Shown: positions 11,254 to 22,739 of the stretch, one piece after another | Layout: each line of letters begins with the position of its first letter | Position numbering within the stretch: the first letter of the stretch is position 1 | NCBI GenBank assembly: GCA_040285855.1 | Contig: JAUFOQ010000016.1 | Coordinates: 1,798,001-1,862,000 of the forward strand | Length of the DNA: 64,000 nt | Direction: 5' to 3' | DNA from: Eukaryota sp. GEM-RC1 | Taxonomy: Eukaryota | The notes under the pieces: generated by a model | Told to the model about the DNA's origin: nothing | The model's input: the letters and a program-made list of their open reading frames with translations, nothing else | Database searches by the model: none | Program-made: the position numbers and the translations under genes

Positions 11254-12251
11254 CTAAGCTATTATCTCCAGGGTTTTTGGTTCCTCTTCTATTTTAAACG
11301 GCAGAGGAGGTTCTAATATGTGAGATGGTTGGTTTCTAGAATCGAGAAAGCCTTTAACAGTTCTGTACACGCGATTTCCAAAGGCACAGAGGAAAGCTAG
11401 TCCAAATATAATCGCAAGCGATCCCGTAAGCAAGATTGATCTTCTTGTCTTAAGGGAAAAGAGTCAGGATCAAATGTGAAGGTCTCCAACTGATTCCCGC
11501 CTTCTAAGACATACGAATACGGATGTTCTATATTGATCATAAACTTAGGCGTGTCAAAATGAAGCTGTTCACAGGTTGATAAATCATGACGGGAGAGAAA
11601 AATGTAGTATTCAATCGAAATCACGTGACTGATGACGTCATCATTTGTCCAGATGAAGTAATAGAAATCCGTGTATTCGGCAACCTGGAAGCAGGATGAT
11701 TCTGGACATCGCTGTTCATAGTATCCCCAGTCAACTGCTTTACGTCCAGAACTTTGATAACGGGCGGTGAATGTCCTCACTGAGTCAGGTTGATCATACC
11801 AAAAGGCGGCATCGGATCCATTGTTGAAATTGAACTGATGCAAAAGGGCACCGTTGGCTGGAAGTATAACATCATCGAACTTTGGCTTGTACGTGAACAT
11901 GGATGGGCGTCCCAAACAATCAGTTTTGATCAGCGGCGGAGACGAACATCTCCAAAAGGTTGAGGATGGTGCAGAGTCGTTGAGATGCTTAACTTGAAGG
12001 GTTGTTTGAGCATTGAGAAAAGAAAGATCCAAAGTAGATGACGGAATTACCTGGAAAGGCTGTTCCTCGAGCTCAGGAATCTTATCGAACATTATCACTC
12101 CAGAAACGAATGCAATCACAAACAGCATACTTTCACAGGGCTTGAAGATCTTTGGAGAGTTTCCTGATAGCCCAGACCCACCCCTGGATCCACGACTCTT
12201 GGACGAGCGTCTGGAACCAGATCGTCGTGACCCGGAACCTTTTATTGGCAT
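11254..12251 (-). CDS. Hypothetical two-TM membrane protein with luminal beta-rich domain (weak resemblance to the APD1-4 middle domain), frameshifted near 11450-11475
   Basis: N-terminal S/R/G-rich tail, TM segment MLFVIAFVSGVIMF, DFYYFIW motif. An alternate frame gives a second TM (ILLTGSLAIIFGLAFLCAFG) ending at TAG 11254. Confidence 0.55.
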
Positions 12252-12405
12252 GAGGTGATGAGGCAGATTTAATTGGTGAACATTACTTAACCCCTCGTTA
12301 CAAGTTTCTAACTGAGCTCTTTGGTGGTTCTACCAAATCACACTTTTACTTCTCGTGTACGTCTTCTGTGCGTGCATTAACTTCTGTACAGTCAGGTTAT
12401 TTTTG

Positions 12406-13158
12406 ATGTTTTCTCCTTGCTCCAGTATATTTGATGGAATTGTCTCCATTGTTGGATCTGGTGGTAAGACCTCTCTGATGTTCTCCCTAGCCAGATTTCT
12501 TCATAATAGATCCATTCCCGTCTACTTATCCACTACAACTAAGCTAGCACCTCCTACTATCAATTCTTTCAATACAATCGGATGTTCAAATACAGGGAAT
12601 CTTTTAAGCTGTATGAGTACTCTGACAACACCTCTCTTATTCTTCTCTCATTTGGTTCAAAAGAACGGCGGACTGCGTCTTGTCGGGCATGACTATACTG
12701 TAATCCATACACTCAAACCCCCCAACGGTGTATTGTTACTGGAGGCGGACGGAAGTAGAGGTAAACCTCTAAAATGTCCCAACCTTACTGATCCTTGTAT
12801 TTCTCCCTCATCCAATGTCGTCATTTTTGTCATTGGTGCAGAAGTCATCAACTCAAAGCTTGGGGAGGATCTTGTTTTCCGTTCTTTGATGTTTGCTTCT
12901 ATCTTGGATATTGCTCCTGAATCTGTTCTTACTCCAGAACTTCTCGTTGATTATATTATACACCCTAGAGGAGGGAAAAAAGACGTCCCATTAGGCTGTA
13001 ACTTCACTGTTGTAATCAACAAAATTGATCTTAATTATGATGGTGCATTGGTGTTGGGAAATCTACTCTCAAAAAATGATCAGGTTGATTCTGTTGTTTT
13101 AACTTGTTTAGATAAGTTTACTACTGAATCTGATGATTGGTATTCGCAAGTAAAATAA
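12406..13158 (+). CDS. yqeC: YqeC-family protein (selenium-dependent molybdenum hydroxylase accessory)
   Basis: SIVGSGGKTSLMF.LA, V.LSTTTK, LLLEADGSRGKPLK.P...P.I, VIFVIG, HP.GG.K and INKID match the YqeC motif order. First in-frame ATG is 12406. Confidence 0.88.
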   Translation: MFSPCSSIFDGIVSIVGSGGKTSLMFSLARFLHNRSIPVYLSTTTKLAPPTINSFNTIGCSNTGNLLSCMSTLTTPLLFFSHLVQKNGGLRLVGHDYTVIHTLKPPNGVLLLEADGSRGKPLKCPNLTDPCISPSSNVVIFVIGAEVINSKLGEDLVFRSLMFASILDIAPESVLTPELLVDYIIHPRGGKKDVPLGCNFTVVINKIDLNYDGALVLGNLLSKNDQVDSVVLTCLDKFTTESDDWYSQVK

Positions 13159-13194
13159 TTACATATAGCAATTTAGTGTAGAAAAGGATTTAAC

Positions 13195-13270
13195 TAGCAC
13201 TGGGCGTTCGGATATCGGATCTGACCCGACCTGAACTACTACAATCTGAACCCGATCTGAAACCCGAACA
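13195..13270 (+). repeat. Orphan hAT-like terminus with ACCCGA/TCGGAT subterminal repeats
   Basis: Begins TAGCACTGGG followed by repeated TCGGAT/ACCCGA motifs. No partner end found. Confidence 0.4.
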
Positions 13271-13704
13271 AGCAGATTCTTCTTAGTCTTTTCTTCACTG
13301 TATGAGAGCACCACCGCCATAGCCATTTTATTACTTAAATGAAAAAACCAGAAACATTTTTGAAAATCACTGAGGTACTTTAATTATGAATATTAATCTT
13401 GGAAAAAAGGTTAGAAGAGGACCAACACCTTCTAAAAACTCATGTTTGAGCGTAACTGCGTCTGTGGACTGGAATTTTGGCTTGCACAGTAAAATTTCTA
13501 TTGTCCTAATAGAAGTGGTACAATTTAATTGATGTGATGAATATATTTATGTAAGATCTTGTTGATTCAATCGTGCACATATGGTCATAGTCGTATCATA
13601 ATTCTATACTTAAAAACTGGTTTCACAGTCTGGTTTAGTCTAAGTTACTGAATGAAAACTCGAACTCTGTGGGCACAGACTGAAACAAAATCTATTAGGT
13701 CACT

Positions 13705-13916
13705 GCTTTTGTAAGCAGTATGGAAAGAATTTTAATGAAAGATACTGGAGAGGAAGGTTGTCGTTTTCCCTTTTCAAAGCATTGTTTAGGTATTTTGATT
13801 CAATTTTGAACCGTCTCTTTGCATTGAGACATGAATTTGAGATGATATAAAGGTAGTTGTATCTCATTTGTTAATATTGATGATAGTTTGTATTTGTAAG
13901 AGTAAATAAAAGGCGT
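13705..13916 (+). mobile_element. 5'-truncated non-LTR retrotransposon (family B) with 12-bp TSD
   Basis: Near-identical to 52375-52550. TSD TATTAGGTCACT at 13693-13704 and 13917-13928. Ends ...AATAAAAGGCGT with no poly(A). Confidence 0.85.
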
Positions 13917-14029
13917 TATTAGGTCACTTAGAATATAATTAATTGGTGTTTTTGTACAACAACGGATGTTATCAATTTTTAAAATGGTGTTTTCGGACAT
14001 TACTAGTACATTGTTAGCGATTGAATTTG

Positions 14030-14620
14030 CAACTTTTTCTTTGATTGTCATGATTCAGTAAGGGATCAATTATATTGTATGTGTAAATCTTATGGAATAG
14101 TTTTCTTTTTAGAACCAATTCTGGCTGGTTTGTTTGATGATACAGATGTTTCAAATCGTTTGGAAATACCCGTGGTGATGTCATATTTCCTGGTCTCGAT
14201 GGATCTTTCATTACTGCTGATGTTATGTCTATCGATGCTAATTCTCATGCTAAAAACCCTCTGTTGATTGGTCAAAAATTTAAAATGGAGAAGTATTGTG
14301 ATAAACTGAAATCTTTGAATTCAGTTTCACACTCGAATTACTTACTGTACCCTTTTGTATTTTCACTGTACGGTTCTTTAGGTGAATCTGCAACATCATT
14401 ACTTGAAATCTTTGTGAACATTGTAAAAGAAAAAACATCTAGCACTTTTGGTCTTAGATTTTGAAAAAATAGAATTGTGTTTGCTATGTTTAAAGGTATG
14501 GTGACTTCTGTATCTAGCACGTAATTTTCTCTTGGCAGACATTATGATGATAAGGTAGGTAAGAATTTCCACATATGGAATCTGAACTTTGTGGATATTG
14601 ATTATTAGATGTATGCACAT
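14030..14620 (+). mobile_element. RLE-type non-LTR retrotransposon 3' fragment (another family)
   Basis: HDSVRDQLYCMCKSY...EP...RGDVI...ADVMSID...K.EKY...PFVFSLYGSLG...NRIVFAMFK, with frameshifts and a stop. Boundaries approximate. Confidence 0.75.
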
Positions 14621-14819
14621 TTTAGTGTTGTTGCTTCATCTCTCAACAGTTATACACTTTCCTATTACAAAAATTTGCAACACAAGATATATTAAGTGGT
14701 TTGGTAAACATTTTGAAAATCAACAACAAGTACTAGTAAACAACTCATTAATGAAAAGGTAAATGAGACCTCTAGAATAAGACAAAGAAATTCTGCTTCA
14801 GTTTAAATTTTTTCTTCAT

Positions 14820-15518
14820 ATGACCAAAAGTCTCTTCCACAATCACTCTTGTTGTTGTTATCCCATTGCTGACAACAAATCTATTGGAGACGGCGATCCT
14901 ATAGACTGTCGAGTAGAATTGACATCTGATTCAACTGGTTCCGTTCATTTCAGCACTTTCTCTACATCAGACGACATCCTCTATGATGATCCTGTTTCGG
15001 GTGACTTATCAATACATCTAGACGAGGACCTCAACCTTTTGACAATCTCTTCCAAGCAGCACAAATACGCACTGTTTCATGAATCTAAATCTACTTTCAA
15101 GAAGCTCTTCTCCATGTTAGAGAAGCATTCCAAGAAACGCGCTCCAGTACAATCCTCTCCCAAACCAACAAGACGCGTGAAGGCTACACCTACTTTGCCC
15201 ACTCCAACTCAATTCCCAGTTAAATGGACTCCGCTGAAGAAACTTCCTCAACCTGAAGTAGAGGTCTCCCTACCTAATCCTCCTCCTCTTGTAGAAGATC
15301 CTCTGCCACCTATCCCCAGAAAAACTCCTTCACCAGAACCAGAACTTCCTGTCAGTGAACATCAGTCACCATTAATAGCTGTTCGGCCACTAGCTCGGCC
15401 ACTAGTTGATGAATTAACTATCCAGCAATTTAAGAATACTCTAGTGGAATTACTTGATGACAATGAGTTTTTAATTCAGTTTTATGACTTGTATCAAAAG
15501 AGTCTGAGAGATTTATAA
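14820..15518 (+). CDS. Putative divergent mRNA-decapping activator Dcp1-like protein
   Basis: Beta-rich N-terminus, Pro-rich linker, and C-terminal LTIQQFKNTLVELLDDNEFLIQFYDLYQ resembling the DCP1 trimerisation domain. AATAAA lies 17 nt after the stop. Confidence 0.5.
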   Translation: MTKSLFHNHSCCCYPIADNKSIGDGDPIDCRVELTSDSTGSVHFSTFSTSDDILYDDPVSGDLSIHLDEDLNLLTISSKQHKYALFHESKSTFKKLFSMLEKHSKKRAPVQSSPKPTRRVKATPTLPTPTQFPVKWTPLKKLPQPEVEVSLPNPPPLVEDPLPPIPRKTPSPEPELPVSEHQSPLIAVRPLARPLVDELTIQQFKNTLVELLDDNEFLIQFYDLYQKSLRDL

Positions 15519-15909
15519 TTACAATGTATACCGAATAAATCAAATTGTTTTTTCTTAGAATGACAATGTTTGTATTTAGTTAATGATTATGTACAAAGCT
15601 CTACTTTAAGGGTCTAACAGTGAACATAGAAACTCGTGTTTCGAAAATGCTAATCGAATACATCAATCTTAATTCAACGATTCATTATAATTAACCTGAT
15701 TTAAAAACAAAAAACCATGATGTTTATGTTTAACAGTCTTCACAAATTCCTCAAGAACTTACATAGCCCAATCACCAAGTTTGATTGTTGGATGAGTACT
15801 CATAGATTTCAAATTGACAGAACATTTGGACACTTTAAGTGTTATTTTCCTTGAAAAGACTGGGAGAATCTGTAACAAAAGTGTCAAAATTAGTTCATTG
15901 GATTAATGA

Positions 15910-15995
15910 CAGTTTATTTGCAACAATAAAGTAATACATACTAATTCAGAAAATGAAAGAAGTTAAATTCTCCTCATCAACACCAGAATTATCCC
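15910..15995 (-). mobile_element. 3' end of the RLE LINE fragment interrupted by the LTR element
   Basis: Joining 22271 to 15995 through one TATA restores the frame SIPKYLSSIYSKLYRDNSGVDEENLTSFIF*. Confidence 0.7.
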
Positions 15996-15999
15996 TATA

Positions 16000-16075
16000 T
16001 GTTAGTGTCATGACTCATCAGGACCTATTTGTATAATAAATTCACTTTTCTCTATTCATATGACTAAGACCAACA
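16000..16075 (+). repeat. 5' LTR (76 bp)
   Basis: Identical to 22191-22266. Contains TGACTCA, overlapping TATAAT/AATAAA and the gag ATG at 16060. Confidence 0.95.
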
Positions 16076-19000
16076 ATAATTATTGTGGCCTCTGCAAAGA
16101 GTTACAATGTATGTGTACTCCGGAGAACTTCACTCCTGGAAACCAAACTAACCCAAACCCTAGTTCCGTTCTAGGTGAAGATTCCAGTTCCGTCCTGGCT
16201 TCTTCTAAGTCTTCCACCGCGAAGGAACTTGGTCCAGATGGTCTCCCCTGGGATGACACTGTTGACTATGACATTGTTTCGGATGAAGAACCTTCTTCTA
16301 ATGGAACTTCGAATGAGAAACCATTCTCTATCGAAAACCCAAATGAGGATCCATCCCCCAATACAACTATAAACGAGGAACCTTCCTCCAATGTTAATGA
16401 AAACGAGGAACCATCCTCCAATATTGATGAAAACGAGGAACCATCCTCCAATGTTGATGAAAACGAGGAACCTTCCTCCAACAGAACACCCGCTTCTGAG
16501 TCAAATCCACCTGTTGGATGGACTTTTCGACCTTCGGTAACCCCTCCGCCTATTCCAATAGTACAGAGAACCACACCTCCTATTAGAACACCGGAACCCT
16601 TCATTCCGAAATTACCCCCTACACCATTAGGTTTCGTAATGCCGTCTAAAGATCCACGAGCACCTCCACCTCTACACGCTGAGAGTCCCTGGAGAGAGCT
16701 TTGGAATGCCGATGTGAAGATGTTTGGGTCTATTGACAAAGATCAATGGATTCACTTTCAAAGACAATCAAGAAACAATTCTGAGTCATACGGTTTTGTA
16801 GAGACAGACCAGTATCTACTTAAACCAGCCAGAACACTAAAAAGGTATTGGCAACGCAAAGCTAACGGATATATCCCCCTCGACCCTGAGGTTTCGAACA
16901 TCCATTACTGCAACGACAGATTGATGGGCTTTATAATGGATAAAACTCGTCCAAACTCCCTCGTTACTGTGGAACAAGCTTACAACCTCCTTCGGAATCC
17001 ACTTCCTAAAGATCAAGTAGAGGCTATCGAAAACAAGTAGATAACCTCGAAAGATACACCACTGTGAACCGCTTCTTCCATAGAAAACCCACGGTAAATA
17101 CCAACTCCGCGGATACCGTTCCTCCCTTGGTAGCCAACACTCCTTATGTGCCCGGCGGATTTGTTTTTGCAAGAAAGCCCCACGCACCAATCACCCCACT
17201 TCCCAACGAACCTCCACATGACCACATGCTGGAAGAGGACCACACTGCTACTAGAGTTGGAGCCCTATCAGTCTCACCTGAACCGGTTACTCCAATTCAA
17301 TCTAGCTCCAGCAGTCCAAACACTGACGCAATCACACCGTACTCAGTTCTGAAATTCGCTGAACGGTTACCCACTGACTCCTCAAGTGATTTGAACAAGT
17401 TGATGAAACCGAAATCACTTCACAGTCTGGACGACGTGGACGTAATCCTTGATTGGATTGCCGATTACATGAGCTTCTGTACCGCCCAGAAGGACTATAC
17501 ACTACCAGCATCCTCACCTCTCGGAGATCCCAAATACTTCTTCGACATTGGAAGGATCGCTGCCAAGGAAGCCGACACCCGTTGGTCTCTCGACTCGTTG
17601 CTTACCCAGTTCAACAACAGATGAACTACCTGGGTACAGCAACGACTTCCAGTGATGAATTCTTCCGACAGATCATCTTAAGAACCCAGTTTAAAGACAT
17701 CTTGACCGCAAGAAACAAACTAAACGAAGTTCAGATGAACTGGTCGATCCAAGATTATGAACAAAGATGGCTCGACTTCATCAAACGATTTGATAAAGTG
17801 CTTAACCGAAGTACACTGATTAAATCCCCCTCGGAACCGTCCTACACAATGCTTGACGAAAGAACTATCATCAAGGCTCTTCTGACTAATATCGGTCTCG
17901 CCTCCCTCTACCTAGAACTCTGGCCCAAATGGAAAGACTCCAAGGATTTACACTCCTTCTTTCAATAATCCTCGAACACTATTACCAATGGTGCAAGAAA
18001 TGGACAAACGGTCCCACACATGTTCAACTTGAACAAAAGAACGTGGAAATTCTCATGCACAGAGACAAGGATTTCTGGAACGACATCCCAAAAGCAATCC
18101 AACGCTCAGCATCCAAAATTTTCGCCCCAGGAAATTTGAAGTCTAGATCATCTTCAAAGAACCCTCACAATGCAGCCCCTCCTTTCAAAAAGAAGCATCG
18201 CTCAAACTCATCTGATAGACCTCCTAAAGATGATAACCGCTGTAGCTTCTGCGACTCCCCGGATCACAAGATAAACCTTTGTAATCATCCTGACTGTCGT
18301 AGAAGCGAGCTCTCCGCGGATCAACGTCTTCCACGATCTGAGGCAAAGAAACCTCCCACTCGTAGTAATAGTCATAGTTCGCGTAAACAAAATAAACATA
18401 GTAAGTATTTCGTGCAATCGATAAACACTATTCACAATGATAACACATCATCGTCGGATTCACATAATCCATACATAAACCCACTCCACAACATCAGTAA
18501 TTCGAGTGGTACGAACTCACTAAGCCTGAATTCAATATTCAGCATAATCGATCACCAGGATCCACCACCATTCCTCAGCTGCAGTCTGACCATCAATGGT
18601 GTTTCGATTCAGGGTCTTTGGGACAGTGGAGCATCAATGTCCGTAATCACACGAGACCTGGTCGATAGATGTTCAATGAAGTTCATTAACAAGAACGTAC
18701 CATTCACATCTGCAAACCACGTCAGATCTCACTCACTGGGTAGCGCCCAAGGGATCTTGACCTTCAAGTTCAGTAAGGTGATCTGTGACGAAGACTTTAC
18801 CTATCATCCCTGGATCCAACAAATGTTTGTTAGGTATTGATCTCATGAAGCAGTTAGGTTTACTGACTGAAGAGGGACTAATCATCCCGGTTCAACAGAC
18901 TATGTTAGCTCATAGCAACGACGAGTCAGAGTTCGACTCAAACATATCTATGCCCAATAGCCTTTCTATTATAGACAATATAGATTTCAATAAATTTGTT

Positions 19001-22000
19001 TATGATTCCGGCTGTTCAATCAAATTAGATGACGATGATAGAACCAATCGTTTACTGAACCTCCTTAGCGAGTTCTCAACTATCTTCGATTCCGTTCCTC
19101 ACAAAGATGGCATCAATTGTCCACCGATGACAATTGACTTCTACGACGAAGAGTCCACGGTGAAACGAAAACCTCGGAGGCTTAATCCTGTCAAACAAAG
19201 GATAGCCGAAGAAACTTTTCATGAACTAGTACGTTTGGGATACGCTGAGTATACTACACCCAACGGAAAATTCAGCTCCCCGGTAGTACTTGTGGTATAC
19301 CCCGATCATCGTAAGCCTAGATTTACGGGTGACTTCAGTGGTACTGGAGGAGTCAACGAACTTACTAAACCTGTCCAACCGAATCTACCGAGAATCGCAG
19401 ACATACAGGAATTCCTGAGTGAAGCTAACTACATAGCCACTCTCGACCTGCCAAAAGCATTTTGGCAACTGAATCTCGCAGATCACGAACGCGACAAAAC
19501 AACTCTAGTTATCCATGGCCTAGCCATTCGATTTAAACGAGCTTGTTTTGGCCTAAAGAACGTGCCTGCAATCTTTCAAAACTTGATGATGGATATTTTC
19601 GACCACGAAGGTATATTCATTTACATCGATGACATTATCATAGTCGCTAAGACTTTTGATGAATACATATCTAGAATAAAATTCGTTCTTGAGAGAGCTC
19701 AACTTTATAGAGTCAACCTTGGCTTACACAAGTGCAAGTTCATAACAAAGAACCATCCTATAACTATATTAGCTTGCGAATACATCGACAACACTCGTCG
19801 AATCGATTCAAAACGTGTAGAGGCTCTGGTAAACATACCAACACCGACCACCATCAAAGAAGTTCGAAGTTTCGTCGGTTCTATCAACTACATCAAAGTT
19901 TTTATAGCAGATGCATCTGACTTACTAGCTCCCATTATAGCACTAGTAAAGAACAAAGCACGAACAGTTCACTGGACACCTCAACTCCAATCAAATTTTG
20001 ACGAGATCAAAAGAGGATAATCAATCACATGCCCCTATGTCTACCAGACAAAGACAGACGCATACTGATTAGCGCAGATGCCAGCGATATCGCCGTAGGT
20101 GGTGTCGTCTGGTTGGAATGCACTCCTCATGCACCTGAGGGAACTCCACTGAACGAACGCAAAGTAGAACCACTAGCATTCTACAGCAAACTACTCACTG
20201 ACTCTCAACAGAACTGGGCCACGATCCAAAAGGAATTGTACGCCATTCTCCTGATTCTAACCGAATCCCAACTGTCGTCGTACCTTATCAGCAGGGAACT
20301 AACGATCTTCACAGATCATAAGAACCTAGCTTACTTAATCTCAGCACCCGAAAAGAATAGGATGGTCAAAAGATGGATCCCTATTCTCAGCGAATACCTA
20401 TTCACTATAGTCCACACCAGTGGCGAAGACAACCATTGGGCTGACATGATGTCACGCAACGTTATCAAAGACGCACCAACAGGATCTATAAACAACATAG
20501 TCACAAACTGCCCAGAGCATTTGTTCTCTATAATCGATAGCCTATGTCCTACTGATGAGGATACAGAATATCAAACCTTATCAACAGAGTCGATCAACAT
20601 GATTGACGATGCTCTGATCAACAAATCGAAATTATTCGACGCTTGGCTCTCGAAAGTACGCTCTACACGAGTAGAAGCCATAAAAAATAACGACCCATTG
20701 TTCCAACACACGTCTACTTGGTTCAATGAAGAGTTCCAGCTATACATGAATAGCAACAACAAGATCTTGATACCAAGTGCCTTGGTGAAAACCACCTTGA
20801 ACCACTTACACGGTTTTCCACATGCAGGTCACCCCAGTACTAAAGATAGCATTGATCGGCTAAAATCTAGTGACTACTTCTGGCCCAGCATGATCAACGA
20901 CATGAAAACTCACTGCAGGCAATGTCCAGCTTGTCAAAAGACAGCTCCCCTTGCCAAAACAACTATCAAATCTTCAGGTAATTTGTGGTCCGACAAACCA
21001 TTTGCAAAGATGAACGTCGACACTATAGGACCACTCCCCACTGACACATCGGGAAACACTTACTTACTAGTGTTCATAGATTCCTTCACCAGATTCACAA
21101 TCCTATGTCCACTAAAGGAACTGAATGCTCATGAGACAGCATATTCGTTAGTGTGTAACGTTTGCGCTATCTTCGGTATTCCAGATCTCATTCACAGTGA
21201 CAATGGCAAAGAATTTGCTAATCACGTGTTCAATGACGTCTGCAATCAATTTGACATCACAACTAACAAATCTATACCTAGTTTCTCCCCTAGCAACGGT
21301 TTAGTTGAACGTCGACACAGAGACATCCTGCAAGCCTTACGAAAGATGCTCATAGACTTCAATGACTATGACAACTGGAGTAAATACATCCCACTAGTAC
21401 AACTGCTGGTAAACACTACGAAGAGTAGAGTAACCGGCTTTACACCGTACGAATTGATGTTTGGATCTAACACCAATCAAAGTAACCATCTGGTAGTGAT
21501 CCAAGTAAAATCATCTCTTGTCTCACTCAGAACAAGATATCAGAAGATTCGTTTCTAGCTGATTACCAATCAAAATTAACAAGAATTTTGAAAAAACGGG
21601 AAGAAGCAGAAACTACCCAATCATCTATCAAATCTTCCATTACTACGGTTGATACACCCTCGCTATTCGCTATCGGTGACCTAGTACTACGAAGTAACAA
21701 AGCTGCTAAGAAGCTTCATGGCAAACAAGAGGGACCGTACCTCGTCATCGACATCCCTTCTAAAAGCTCACTTGAACTGCAGAACTTTGTCACCGGACAT
21801 CGCTTCCGCTCTAGCATTCATCTATGCACCAAGTACCTTTCCGACAAACCCTCCTCTGATGAGTTCCACAAAGCTGTAGCCTCTTGTGACTCTGAAGAGA
21901 TGGTCATCATCGAGATCCTTGATCAACGTGATTCACCTACAGGTCCCATATGTTCCGTCGTATGGTTTGACGGCGATACTACTGAGGAGCCTCTAAGTCT

Positions 22001-22190
22001 GGTTAAGAACACTAAGGCTTACTCAAGTTTTATTAAACTAAATCCTCACGCCAAACCCAAATCTAAACCCAATACTAAATCTAGAAGTACGCGTAATAGA
22101 AAAGCGATCCCTAGTAACACTCCTAATTCCGTCATTCTCACTACACCACCTGCTAAGAGGACTAGGTCCTCGAAAAGGGGGAAGAAGTAA
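16060..22190 (+). CDS. Gag-Pol polyprotein broken into seven ORFs by single-base indels
   Basis: Zinc knuckle CSFCDSPDHKINLC, protease LWDSGAS, RT LDLPKAFWQ and YIDD, RNase H ADASD and TDHKNL, integrase H..GH..C..C / D..GPLP / HSDNG.EF / NGLVER, and chromo-like IIEILD...VVWFDGDTTEEPL. Confidence 0.9.
16371..16482 (+). repeat. 30-bp coding tandem repeat (NEEPSSNVDE, ~3.7 copies) in gag
   Basis: AAACGAGGAACCWTCCTCCAAT recurs at 16371, 16401, 16431 and 16461. Confidence 0.9.
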
Positions 22191-22266
22191 TGTTAGTGTC
22201 ATGACTCATCAGGACCTATTTGTATAATAAATTCACTTTTCTCTATTCATATGACTAAGACCAACA
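22191..22266 (+). repeat. 3' LTR (76 bp)
   Basis: Identical to the 5' LTR. Begins immediately after the pol stop codon TAA (22188-22190). Confidence 0.95.
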
Positions 22267-22270
22267 TATA

Positions 22271-22700
22271 CAACTTGGAATAAATGGAACTTAAATACTT
22301 GGGAATGCTTCTAAAAAAAGCAAACATATTTCGATTCATCCATACAGAACCATTAAAAACATTGCCATTAGAACGACCCAAAGGACTAAAATCGCGGAAA
22401 ATTTTAAACCCGCTGGACTGATATTACCACAAATTGAAATTACAAATGGAACAAACTTCTTCAAAGCATCCACATAATTAGAACACTTCCGCTGTTCAGC
22501 CTTTTCAAGATGACCATTTGAATCGTTCAATATAGAGTCTTTGTAGACTTTTGCAAATGCAATCACAACTTGAGATGAATCCAGGAAAGGAGCAATTACA
22601 TGTATGTCACCACGGCGAGAATCAAACACGTTATTGTCACTAAAATGTTTCAGAAGAGGTTCAATGTTACAACTAAAATTATAGGATTCAACAAACACAT
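22271..22700 (-). mobile_element. RLE-type non-LTR retrotransposon fragment hosting the LTR insertion
   Basis: IEPLL...RRGDI...AEQRK...Y...FVPFVIS..G.I...WMNR..FAFF.SIPK. Confidence 0.75.
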
Positions 22701-22739
22701 ATTTTATTAAAATATGATTTTATTGTACAGCTCACTCAC

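Larger units (their letters stand above)
16000..22266 (+). mobile_element. Full-length Ty3/gypsy (chromovirus-like) LTR retrotransposon
   Basis: Identical 76-bp TG...CA LTRs, TATA 4-bp TSD (15996-15999 and 22267-22270), polypurine tract AAAAGGGGGAAGAAG before the 3' LTR, and domain order gag-PR-RT-RH-INT-chromo-like. Confidence 0.95.

Noticed and set aside
12355..13158. Bacterial contamination as the source of yqeC
   Set aside because: It is contiguous with eukaryotic genes and the host's repeat families, with similar base composition and no operon partners. A chimeric join still needs read-level exclusion.
14023..14680. AATTTGCAAC direct repeat as a TSD of the 14030-14620 LINE fragment
   Set aside because: It is only 10 bp, AT-rich, and the element ends are undefined, so it may be chance.
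16266..17243. Antisense ORFs within the retrotransposon gag region (and similar shadow ORFs over other genes)
   Set aside because: They have no recognisable motifs and are explained by codon bias and repeats on the sense strand.
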